IMG/VR virus record: IMGVR_UViG_3300027734_000064
Strand: one strand, 5' to 3'
DNA length: 64,000 bases
Origin: an uncultured virus (IMG/VR IMGVR_UViG_3300027734_000064)
Lineage: Duplodnaviria; Heunggongvirae; Uroviricota; Caudoviricetes; Crassvirales
Shown: piece by piece, positions 27,101-35,275 of the stretch
How positions within the stretch are numbered: position 1 is the stretch's first letter
Layout of the letters: every line of letters begins with the position of its first letter
The notes under the pieces: model-generated
Seen by the model: only the letters and a program-made list of their open reading frames with translations
The model's database searches: none
What the model was told of the DNA's origin: nothing
Translations under genes and position numbers: made by a program

Positions 27101-30100
27101 TCTGATACTTTTTCAGCATATTCGGCATCGTTAAATACCTTAACCATTCTGTCAACGAATCTGCTAACAGCGAGTGGGTTTTGAACATTTAATCTTGAAG
27201 CTGCTTTTAAAAGAGATGTCAATTGTTTTGCAGATATTTTACCTTTTTTCTGAATATCCTTTAACTCATTCATTATTGAATTTCTCAATTCATTTACATA
27301 TTTAACAGCACCTTTTGCAGCTTTTGCTTGTAACTTGATTTGCTCTTTTAATGCAACTGCTTCATTTACAGTTACTTTTTTGATGTCTTTTATTTTGCCA
27401 AATATTTTATTTACAGATGGCGCTTTCTTAAGTTTCTCTCCAAGCTCTTCGCGTAGCTCACGCTCCATCTCATTTCTTTGAACATCGTCAGCTCTCTCGT
27501 ATGCGAATGTATCTTTTAAAGTGTTGACAGCGCTTTCTCTTGCTTCTGCAATTGTTTTTTGTCCACGCTTTCTTGTCTTTTCAAAAGCATTAATAGCCTT
27601 TTGCTTAGCTTTAATACCGCCTTCAACCTCATCAAACGCTGACTTCTTTTTAGCTTCTTCTTCAATTGTAGGCTCAGCTGTTACTCCTTCAGCTTTTTGT
27701 TCTGGTACTCTTGTGCCCTCTTCTTCTATTGATGGAGCCTTGGCTTCTTGTACTCTTGATTTAGCTTTTTCAATTTGATCATTGTATTTTTTATCTATTT
27801 CAATTAAAGCCAAATCTCTTTCTTCAATTTGTTTTTTATTTTCTTGGTATCCTGGATCGCTTTCATCCAGAACAATAGGCATTAATTTATTTAATCCTTT
27901 TTGTTCAATTTCATTTTGTTTGTTTTCTTCTATTATTTTTATTTCTTTTTCAAGCTCTTTGTTGCTTTCTTCGGCAACGACTTGAGGTTTTGATTCGGGA
28001 ACTCCTTGCTCCACTTCTTGGCTAACTCCGGTTTCTGGCTGTACAGGTACTTGACCTGAGCCTTGCTCTTGAATGGCATATAAATTTTCTAATAAGTTTT
28101 TATAATAATTTGTTGAACTTTCAAATTCAGCATCTTTTGATAATTCTGAAATTTTTTGTTTTAAATATTCTTCAGGATTGGTATTTAAAAGATTTAATTC
28201 ATCTTCTAAAACTTTTATGTATTTATTATTTTTTTTATTTTTGTTGTTTTTTTTCTCAAACTCTATGTCATTTTTAAGACTATCTGCTAATTCATTTATC
28301 TTAACTTGACTCTCTTCTTTTATTACTGGCTTTTGTTTAACTTCCTCTTGAATAGGCTCGTTTACCTCTTCTTCTTGAGTAGCATTTGATATGTTTGTTA
28401 ATTCAACATCTATTTGTTTTATTCTTTCTCTTGGCTTAGCAGTAAGATTTGGATCCTTGCCTTCTATTTGAGAAGCAAGCTTTCTTTTTTCTGCAATCAA
28501 ATCATATGCTTTTCTTTGATTCTCTACACTGATGTTCTCTGGCATTTGACTAACAATAGCGTTAGCCTCATTGAATGATGTCAATAAACTTTGAGCCTTC
28601 TCTTGTGTTATTTCGCCTTTAGCTATCTTTGTTTTTAAGTCAGCAACAAAAGACGCTTTAGTTGCCTTGTCATTAATAATTGTTTTGGCTAACTTAAATG
28701 TTTGGTTGTCAAGCATTTTGCCAAGGGTATATTGAGCGGTGTTAGTAGCTATATTTACAACTCCTGCCATCCACATACCACCCAATGCTTCCATCTCGGC
28801 ATCTTCCCATACTTTACCTAACAACTCTTTAGTCGTATTTGGGTTTTTGAATATTTGTTTTTCTTTTGCAATGTTGTACAACTCATTTGAAGCCATTTCA
28901 GATGCACTTTGTAATGCGCCAGTCTCTCCCTCAGCAATCATTGCTCCAGCAGTATTTAATGTACCTTTTATTGCTAAGTTATTAATCTCTGTATTTAATA
29001 TTCTATTCAGACCATTGATGCCTGATTTAGGAGCCCACTTAGCCATGGACTTTAACAACAATGAATTTGCTAACCCTGCTTTAGAAAATGCTTGCGTAAT
29101 ACCCACATTCTCTAACTTAGCTTCTACAAATGAATTCAATCCAGACAAGATAAACTTTTCTTCTTTTGGAACATTTTTCATTTCTGGATTATTGTCATAC
29201 TCTTCCATCCTTCTACCAATACCTTGCAAAGTCATGCCAGCAACGAATCCACCAGGAATAGTAAACGCAGGGAACATCTCCGGCACAGAAAATAAAGCAG
29301 ATCTTATTTTTTTGTTTGGATCATTTTTATACTCTTCAGTCGTAGATGATAATTTTAGTTCATTGAATTTATCAGTAAGCCATTTATTTGCATCTTTTTC
29401 ATATTGTGTTTTTTGAGCGTCATTTGTCAAGCCCATTGTAAGAATATCTGTTCCTTCTAATGCAGCATATACAGCACCAGAAGCCAATGATTTTGAACCA
29501 TTTAATAATGAATTATATAATGCACCAAAAATATTTCCCTCTTCTTTTAATAGCTTAACATTCTGAGCTGCAAGAGATTTAGTTCCGGCATCAGCAAGAG
29601 AAAACACGGTCTTTGCATGATTCTTTTGATTTTCAAACTCTTTGCTTTTCTCATTGTATCTTAATTGAATATCATCTGCTTTTGCTTTTAACTCAGGAGT
29701 CATACCTTGAGTTGAAACAATTGCAGCAATAGCTTCGGCTTCTTTGTTGATATCATCAATTTCTTTTTTGATATCATTCATTGTATTTGAAGAATATTGT
29801 AGTTGCTCGTTTACGAACTTTAAGCTTTTATCTACATTCTCTTTTGTATAAATCCTTTTGAATCTATTCTCATCTTCAGGAGATACACCATTCTCGGCCA
29901 TTGATAAAAATTGAGTTGGGGTTAATTCTTTTTTATTAACGCCACCACTATTCCTAAACAAAAACTCTTGTAACTTTTCTTTTTCTTTTTTAGCAGCAAT
30001 CTCATTTCTGTAAATCATTACAGGCATTTGCTCGCCATTATCTGCGATAGCTGTAATTTGTCCTTCAAAGTTTTTAGCAATAGGATTATCTGTCTTTTCA

Positions 30101-30759
30101 AAACGAACACCTAACGATCCAAATTCTTTGTTAAACTCGCTTACTTTCTCGTCTACATTTAAACTTCCAGGCTGAACTAATTGACTGACATCAACATATG
30201 CTTTGCCTTTTATTGCTTTATCTACTTCTTGATCTGGTATTCTATCTCTTGTTGGAAACTTGACTGCTGGCTGTTGTGGAATAGGAGCTGCTTTAATAAA
30301 CTTATTAGCAGTCTGTAGGTCTTCGTTAAGTAATGGATCAGAGGCAATGGTTGGATTGCTGGCACGCAATTGCTCAAGTTGTGATTGAGCATTCTTTATC
30401 CCTACTGCATCATTCTTTTGCGCAGCCTCTTGTAAAGAACGGGTTAATGCTTGGTGTGCTTGCCAGTCCCTAGACTCAATACCTTTATTATACGCTGACG
30501 GATTCCTTGGAGATGCCGATAAACCAATTGGCTGATCCGAAGACGAAACAGATGCCCCAACGTCTTTTTTTTTTACGTCAGAGAAATACTTACTTTTAAA
30601 AGTATTTATGTCGTTTGTATATAATTCTTGCTCGCTGAGTTTTTTATACAATTCATTTTGGCCTTCTTCATTTCCATATTTAGCAACAAAATCATTGTAG
30701 CTATTTGTGTATAATTGCTCGCTATATAGCTTGTCGTATAATTCTTTTGATCCTGGCAT
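24100..30759 (-). CDS. Large internal virion/ejection protein
   Basis: 2219 aa, helical, last gene of the podovirus structural operon. Confidence 0.75.
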   Translation of the reverse strand: MPGSKELYDKLYSEQLYTNSYNDFVAKYGNEEGQNELYKKLSEQELYTNDINTFKSKYFSDVKKKDVGASVSSSDQPIGLSASPRNPSAYNKGIESRDWQAHQALTRSLQEAAQKNDAVGIKNAQSQLEQLRASNPTIASDPLLNEDLQTANKFIKAAPIPQQPAVKFPTRDRIPDQEVDKAIKGKAYVDVSQLVQPGSLNVDEKVSEFNKEFGSLGVRFEKTDNPIAKNFEGQITAIADNGEQMPVMIYRNEIAAKKEKEKLQEFLFRNSGGVNKKELTPTQFLSMAENGVSPEDENRFKRIYTKENVDKSLKFVNEQLQYSSNTMNDIKKEIDDINKEAEAIAAIVSTQGMTPELKAKADDIQLRYNEKSKEFENQKNHAKTVFSLADAGTKSLAAQNVKLLKEEGNIFGALYNSLLNGSKSLASGAVYAALEGTDILTMGLTNDAQKTQYEKDANKWLTDKFNELKLSSTTEEYKNDPNKKIRSALFSVPEMFPAFTIPGGFVAGMTLQGIGRRMEEYDNNPEMKNVPKEEKFILSGLNSFVEAKLENVGITQAFSKAGLANSLLLKSMAKWAPKSGINGLNRILNTEINNLAIKGTLNTAGAMIAEGETGALQSASEMASNELYNIAKEKQIFKNPNTTKELLGKVWEDAEMEALGGMWMAGVVNIATNTAQYTLGKMLDNQTFKLAKTIINDKATKASFVADLKTKIAKGEITQEKAQSLLTSFNEANAIVSQMPENISVENQRKAYDLIAEKRKLASQIEGKDPNLTAKPRERIKQIDVELTNISNATQEEEVNEPIQEEVKQKPVIKEESQVKINELADSLKNDIEFEKKNNKNKKNNKYIKVLEDELNLLNTNPEEYLKQKISELSKDAEFESSTNYYKNLLENLYAIQEQGSGQVPVQPETGVSQEVEQGVPESKPQVVAEESNKELEKEIKIIEENKQNEIEQKGLNKLMPIVLDESDPGYQENKKQIEERDLALIEIDKKYNDQIEKAKSRVQEAKAPSIEEEGTRVPEQKAEGVTAEPTIEEEAKKKSAFDEVEGGIKAKQKAINAFEKTRKRGQKTIAEARESAVNTLKDTFAYERADDVQRNEMERELREELGEKLKKAPSVNKIFGKIKDIKKVTVNEAVALKEQIKLQAKAAKGAVKYVNELRNSIMNELKDIQKKGKISAKQLTSLLKAASRLNVQNPLAVSRFVDRMVKVFNDAEYAEKVSEAQKIAKRIAKSIKNADVQPSNRNMAKNFLLVNPRDVDNIDEYLDKAKEVLMSVAANAGLKTPADIEAVNKYSAAQIEQQNQKRMDEMKEKYQELFDAGILSDNMTEKEMLEAIKNIDISENEEQQDEEVVKTLAEIFDDIKDVAKQILETGEDPITGEIVDLTEAQKSIIKKFLELDLSALSNKEAKLAVERLDNFINNYITEGMEGLVNKAIGAEAAKELEEKGVKSRSLRLYFSTEFANYMAAQAWQIHKLLETMFVGQSKDRAVSSVSGIYDFEEGVNRANTMADEAIDAYVEKFGKEKEFFTLENNYERGIAALLFRDNGDEDYFEDQKTLIQQSIDVMLNSKDNKKVKKGELAQKVFDKLIKDAKNGQEVIDNTSKTNRDAVLWWINNWDNHYSDFEEVSKNVYNDDLGRDANFTSKTYKKADPSKEKEDVSLSDNVSAYRMTTGDYTVKSKSGSLIKTKKVKTLPKNRVLSFDFDINQANAFRAALVDVKTAAPIRQLEGFINSPSFMKLGPEEDMQLLKSRINTLVAVERGKSMISKSDYEKAVKLLKVASAIGTTRALLSIGQPISQTVPVALSTLINSGFRLMFLNKAMKKFINSSGMAVANRGAESSISLSNENKIIEDASKNKGLRTISDISKLPKKGLSYVLSKPDVGIAKMSFIAYYAQRIGKRVYQVDWNEEAKNPNKDALRYAQQMVDRQQSPSNPNQMGNLFTSRDPLHQAIRMIAFPLAVFNMNQKARMQSDIITLAARKQSTAEDKKAAALSLAGLVVEMGSFLAINGAKAYLLYNLSLSLMGLGGEDKEEEKKKKFKRIMTNASGTIATDLLSPLPISNSKILDIGNFALDKYYGYKNEGKEEYTEKQKEEIKKYQKEGWELPEKYKSPMAEEPIQFYSSDNIDETDLMGTAGIAIAKIIQSSEYEKTALTGKFEKESYGGKKITKYLLPEDQKVLKEWAAIPALYNIGFMPAELNAIANNLMQIAQKRALTEKEMEKSK
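27939..28079 (-). CDS. Nested out-of-frame small basic protein (MPFKSKAQ type, 46 aa)
   Basis: MPFKSKAQVKYLYSQKPELAKKWSKEFPNQNLKSLPKKATKSLKKK, ATG to TAA, AT-rich leader. Confidence 0.65.
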   Translation of the reverse strand: MPFKSKAQVKYLYSQKPELAKKWSKEFPNQNLKSLPKKATKSLKKK

Positions 30760-30760
30760 T

Positions 30761-32272
30761 TTAATTTAATATTCCTTTTTTACTTTGTTGATTATTATAC
30801 CTAATTGGAGTAAAATCTGGGTATGCTACTTTTGCTCCTGGTTTTTGATTTGCAAATAAATTAGCTGTGTTATAAAAATCTTCACCAGTTCCAGCATCTA
30901 TATTAACTCTTTCCATTTCTATTTGTTTTGTTTTTGAGTTTCTAATTAAATTGCCTTCAGTGTCTTTTTTCGGTTTACTTATTTCCCAATATCTTTTACC
31001 ATTTTTCTCAATTAAATTAGTAACTCTAAATCCATCATATCCAGCTATAACATCTTTTACTGGAGCATCTAACACTAATCCAATTGCTTGGTTTCTTGTT
31101 TTTGGATTGTCCATAGCTCTAAGTTGCTCTAACCTCCTATTAGCAATCTCTTCTCCTTCTTGATCTTTTCTTATTTCTTTTCTTTCAGAAGCGGTCATTT
31201 GAGTAACCTTTTCCGGCTTTTCTACCTTATAATCAATTTGAGATTCAATTACATCATTCACAATTGATTTAGCTTTAGCCATTTGCTCTTCACTTAACTT
31301 CGGTGTAAAGATACCATTCTCATCTCTTACAAGCAAAATTGTTTTGTCACGTTGAGAAGATAAAGTATTAATTTCTTTTTGTATTGCCTTCTTGTCTGCC
31401 TCAGATTTCACAGATTCCCTTTGTGCAGAAAGCTTGTCAATCTGGCTATTAATTGCCTGAATTTCTTTAGCGTTATTTGTGAAAGAATATTTCTCGTCAG
31501 TATTGTCGGCCAATACACTTGCAGCTTTTCTTGGGTTGTTTGTAATGGCATCAATAATCTCTGGCTTAGTTTTGCTATTGAACTTACCTCTGATTGATTG
31601 AGAGATAACGTATCTACCGTTAACCATTCTTGCCTCTGATCCTAAGTTCTTCACATAGTTATTTACCTCGTTGGAAATATTAAGCTTATCTACGTTCTGA
31701 TTCAATCCGGCATTTATAGTTTGAACATCATATAAATCAGCGTCACCTACAACTTTGCCAGTCTCTGGGTCAACCTTAGCAATATACATTCTTCCATCCT
31801 TAGGATTGATAAATGTAGTCTTGCCTTTTAAGTTAAGCAAGTCAGCTGTCATTTGTCTTTGATATAGTTCTTGACCGGCAGCTTTACCTTCCTCAATTCT
31901 TTTTAATCCTTCCTCATAGTTTGCATCGTATTGCTTAGTCAAGTCAGCGAGTCTTCCCCAGCCATCTCTTGTAGTTGATACAATTCTTGAGTACTCGCTT
32001 GGAGTAATCATTCCTCTTTTAAGCAATTGGTTTTGCTCATACAGAGAATTTCTTACATTGTTTGCGCCATCCATTACAAACTGATTGAACGTAGGAGACT
32101 TAGATCCTTGATACTTGTCTACGATAGATACTACGTCAGAGTATTGTTTGTCTAACTCAACTCTTTTCGCTTCTCTATCTTCTTCTACTTTGCCAAGTTT
32201 CTCTAATATGTTCTGCGTTATATTACCCCAATCAATTGGGTTTGTGGCTTGATACTGTGAATATTCTGCCAT
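30761..32272 (-). CDS. Putative internal virion protein
   Basis: 503 aa; position among ejection genes. Confidence 0.65.
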   Translation of the reverse strand: MAEYSQYQATNPIDWGNITQNILEKLGKVEEDREAKRVELDKQYSDVVSIVDKYQGSKSPTFNQFVMDGANNVRNSLYEQNQLLKRGMITPSEYSRIVSTTRDGWGRLADLTKQYDANYEEGLKRIEEGKAAGQELYQRQMTADLLNLKGKTTFINPKDGRMYIAKVDPETGKVVGDADLYDVQTINAGLNQNVDKLNISNEVNNYVKNLGSEARMVNGRYVISQSIRGKFNSKTKPEIIDAITNNPRKAASVLADNTDEKYSFTNNAKEIQAINSQIDKLSAQRESVKSEADKKAIQKEINTLSSQRDKTILLVRDENGIFTPKLSEEQMAKAKSIVNDVIESQIDYKVEKPEKVTQMTASERKEIRKDQEGEEIANRRLEQLRAMDNPKTRNQAIGLVLDAPVKDVIAGYDGFRVTNLIEKNGKRYWEISKPKKDTEGNLIRNSKTKQIEMERVNIDAGTGEDFYNTANLFANQKPGAKVAYPDFTPIRYNNQQSKKGILN

Positions 32273-32274
32273 AA

Positions 32275-33105
32275 TTATTTTACAAATGGATTATATGCGC
32301 CAAACAAATCATTATCATATGTGCTTTGATATGGACTAACTGACTGCCCAACATTTGGAGTCATTTGAAATTGAGCCAAAGGATTGTATTGCGAATTCTC
32401 CCAATATTTTGCTTGAAGTCTTGGAGCAGGAGCAGACAATCCAGCTTCTGGAGCCGTAACTAAGCCACTCTCCGGACCTGTTAAAATACCTGGATTTACT
32501 GATTGTTGTTTTTCTGTTGCAATGGTATTTATTGTTTTTGCAGGAGTTTTGTCTTTCTCATACAATGGTCTATTCTTTTCGTATTGAACAGCTAGTGCGC
32601 CAATAGTTCCGGCAGCACCAGTAAGACCAGCGTTAATATTTGCCTGACCTTGTGCTCTTGCCATTTGAGCTCCTTGTAATTGAGATGTTAAGAAGTCATT
32701 TTGTTGTGCAACCTTACGAGCCTGCATTGCTTGCTCTTGTTGTGCAACAAATGTATCTCTTTCATATTTAGCCTGATCAAGTTGAGCAGCCAATTGTAAG
32801 TCTTGTGCAGTACCTTGCTGTCCAACAGCTGGCAAGCCACCTAATACAGCAGCAGCTCCAGCACCTTGCAATGCTTGCACCTGGTTCGCTGTTCTTTGAG
32901 CGCCTGATTGTTGCGCTAACTGATAACCAAGTTGTGGCACTTGTACGCCAGCAACTCTGTTTTGTTCAGCCAACATTTTTTGTTGTGCTCCAATATCAGC
33001 AGCTGATTTAGCAGCAGCCTTCTCTTGTTGTACTCCTTCGTATGTTTGATATGCGTTAAGAGCTAATCCAGCTCCTGCAACCAATGTAGATGTTAATGCA
33101 GCCAT
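32275..33105 (-). CDS. Putative small ejection protein
   Basis: Ala/Gly/Gln-rich with hydrophobic N-terminus, T7 gp14-like position. Confidence 0.65.
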   Translation of the reverse strand: MAALTSTLVAGAGLALNAYQTYEGVQQEKAAAKSAADIGAQQKMLAEQNRVAGVQVPQLGYQLAQQSGAQRTANQVQALQGAGAAAVLGGLPAVGQQGTAQDLQLAAQLDQAKYERDTFVAQQEQAMQARKVAQQNDFLTSQLQGAQMARAQGQANINAGLTGAAGTIGALAVQYEKNRPLYEKDKTPAKTINTIATEKQQSVNPGILTGPESGLVTAPEAGLSAPAPRLQAKYWENSQYNPLAQFQMTPNVGQSVSPYQSTYDNDLFGAYNPFVK

Positions 33106-33108
33106 GTC

Positions 33109-33519
33109 TTATTGTTTTATAAATACTAATTCTGTGCATCCTGTAGAACCCTCCAGGAAGCCAAATTCTTTCATGCTTTTTATCAATGATGGGTTCTTCA
33201 TTGACGAGTAGATATATGTTTTGCCAGATAAGAATGACATTGCTTTCGCAACCTCAATCATATAAGCTAACGCATTCTTCCTCAATACTTTATCTTTTAC
33301 CTCAAAGTTACTAACGATAAACTCTAACCAGCAAATCTTTGAGTTTGTCATGTACAAAAAGCAGGCACAGATATCTACGCCATCTTTTGAAACCATAACT
33401 CCTTCTAAATTAAAAGGTAAGAAATCTCTCGCAGGGGCATCCCATCTCCAATCTTTCCACCATTTCTTTAAAATGTTCTCGTAATCAGATTCTGAAATGA
33501 CTCTTGTTTCAAACTTCAT
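33109..33519 (-). CDS. GNAT-fold acetyltransferase-like protein
   Basis: GNAT-like pattern; position before ejection genes as in many podoviruses. Confidence 0.6.
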   Translation of the reverse strand: MKFETRVISESDYENILKKWWKDWRWDAPARDFLPFNLEGVMVSKDGVDICACFLYMTNSKICWLEFIVSNFEVKDKVLRKNALAYMIEVAKAMSFLSGKTYIYSSMKNPSLIKSMKEFGFLEGSTGCTELVFIKQ

Positions 33520-33539
33520 ATTAATGCAAAGATACTAAA

Positions 33540-34334
33540 TTAAGGGTAACTTTTAAATACCTCTGAAGATACTTGGAAAACTTCTACAGAATCAGTGTTT
33601 GTGCTATCCAATTGCACGTCCATATAGTAGCCTCTCAATCCAAAAGATTCTGATACTGAATTCTTTACGGACAAAATAAAGTCTCCTACAATCGGTGCAA
33701 CAAGTGTTCCGGATGCGTCAGCGATAATTCGTATAACCGTCCTGTTTGTTACCGGGTTATATGTCTTTGTAGATGCCATACCACACTTTGCTTTTGCGGC
33801 TAGCGATCCATTGATTCTATAAATGATGTCACCGCTAAATCTCCCAGGGCTATTTAGATTGACATTATCTCCAACCTTTCCGGCAAATGTAATGTCTACA
33901 AAGCCAGCGCCAGAAGAAACAAGTAAAACTTCAGAGATCCCTTGAGCCGATAAGTACACTGTATTCGACTCATTGTCCTCTCTACGGATATATGCGAACC
34001 ACATCCCTTCCTTTCTTACAAAGTTGTCATTGTTGATGTTGCCAGATCCAAGGTTAGATAAAACTTGCGCTCCCCAGCTATCGCTTGACTCAAGATGCAA
34101 TGTCTTAAACATTTTCTGTTCGTCAGGCGCATCGTTGAATATTGTTCTTACAGAAGAGTTGTATTGCGTCCCATAAAAGTTATTATGTACTGAATTAGTA
34201 TTGTGCTTCCATATCTCGCCATTAACGAACGTGTAGAAGTTGTTGTTCATATTTGCCATCCAATCAGGAAAGTAAGAATGAAATGATGTCCATCCAGTCA
34301 AGACGGGAGAGTATGTTAATGTATAGTTCGCCAT
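33540..34334 (-). CDS. Tail nozzle/stabilisation protein, C-terminal part
   Basis: TLTYS....GWTSFHSY.P...FYG...K.FK.L.LES...F..KEG.WFAYI pattern. Confidence 0.65.
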   Translation of the reverse strand: MANYTLTYSPVLTGWTSFHSYFPDWMANMNNNFYTFVNGEIWKHNTNSVHNNFYGTQYNSSVRTIFNDAPDEQKMFKTLHLESSDSWGAQVLSNLGSGNINNDNFVRKEGMWFAYIRREDNESNTVYLSAQGISEVLLVSSGAGFVDITFAGKVGDNVNLNSPGRFSGDIIYRINGSLAAKAKCGMASTKTYNPVTNRTVIRIIADASGTLVAPIVGDFILSVKNSVSESFGLRGYYMDVQLDSTNTDSVEVFQVSSEVFKSYP

Positions 34335-35275
34335 TACTGCAAATTTAATCTTTTTTTGGCGGAGTTCTCAATCCACTTCCAATATAAGTAAGAACACCTG
34401 TTTGGATCTAATCCTTTTATATCCAATCCGATTGGATCTACGTTGACATATTTGCCCTTTACAAACATACCAGTGCTGTCATCTATGGCTCCGGCATTAT
34501 GATAAAAGCTAACTTTGTCCCACCTTGGTGCGCCACACGTCGCCCATGCGAAGTCAAACTCTGGCACAACCATGGTCTCTATGCCTCGCTTCCATAAGCA
34601 CCATAGCTCGGCCCACATACTGGCACACCATATCTGCACACCGTAAGGGTCACCGTCTTTCTTCTTATCTTTTAGTTCTCCAAGGCCAAAGTACAGCGCA
34701 TTGCTAATATCCTCAACCTCTTGCCAGTAATCAGCGTCAACGCCCTTCAGTAGCTTCTGCGCACCGCCGCTGACCATTTCGTTAGCTTCAATGATATGGT
34801 GGTCAATGCCGGCTAACTCGCACATCTTTAAGAAGACATCTTCACCTTTGCTTTTGATATACTTTGCACCAATGTAGCTTATCGTGTCGGATAAATAGCA
34901 GATATTATCGTATCTATGCGTATCAAAATTCATCGGCCTTGTAAATAAGAAGTCACAATCGTGATAAAAGATGGCACAATTCTTTGGAAATTTGTGACAT
35001 ACTTTCTTTAATATGTGCGGCTGAATGGATGGCGCATAGCCTTTATTCTCTCTCGTGTCCTCTGCGTAAATGAAATTTACTTTTGGATACATTCTCTGGC
35101 ATCTCAGCCAAGATGCCGGCAAATCATTGTCTATGGCTGCGACAACGTAAATATCCTTCTCATCTATTCCCATAGATGTAAAGTTATTTAAGTAAACCTC
35201 AACCTGCCAGGCATAATAGTCCGTGGCAGGTTGGGCTGAGAGATAGATTAAGGGCAATCTAGTGCTGATATCCAT
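34334..35275 (-). CDS. GT-A glycosyltransferase resembling peptidyl-Ser/Hyp O-glycosyltransferases (GT96/GT95); start uncertain (35332, 35275 or TTG 35257)
   Basis: YYAWQ, Y.PSIQP, FYHDCDFLF.RP (DxD), SGGAQ, WCASMW, HNAG. Confidence 0.7.
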   Translation of the reverse strand: MDISTRLPLIYLSAQPATDYYAWQVEVYLNNFTSMGIDEKDIYVVAAIDNDLPASWLRCQRMYPKVNFIYAEDTRENKGYAPSIQPHILKKVCHKFPKNCAIFYHDCDFLFTRPMNFDTHRYDNICYLSDTISYIGAKYIKSKGEDVFLKMCELAGIDHHIIEANEMVSGGAQKLLKGVDADYWQEVEDISNALYFGLGELKDKKKDGDPYGVQIWCASMWAELWCLWKRGIETMVVPEFDFAWATCGAPRWDKVSFYHNAGAIDDSTGMFVKGKYVNVDPIGLDIKGLDPNRCSYLYWKWIENSAKKRLNLQ

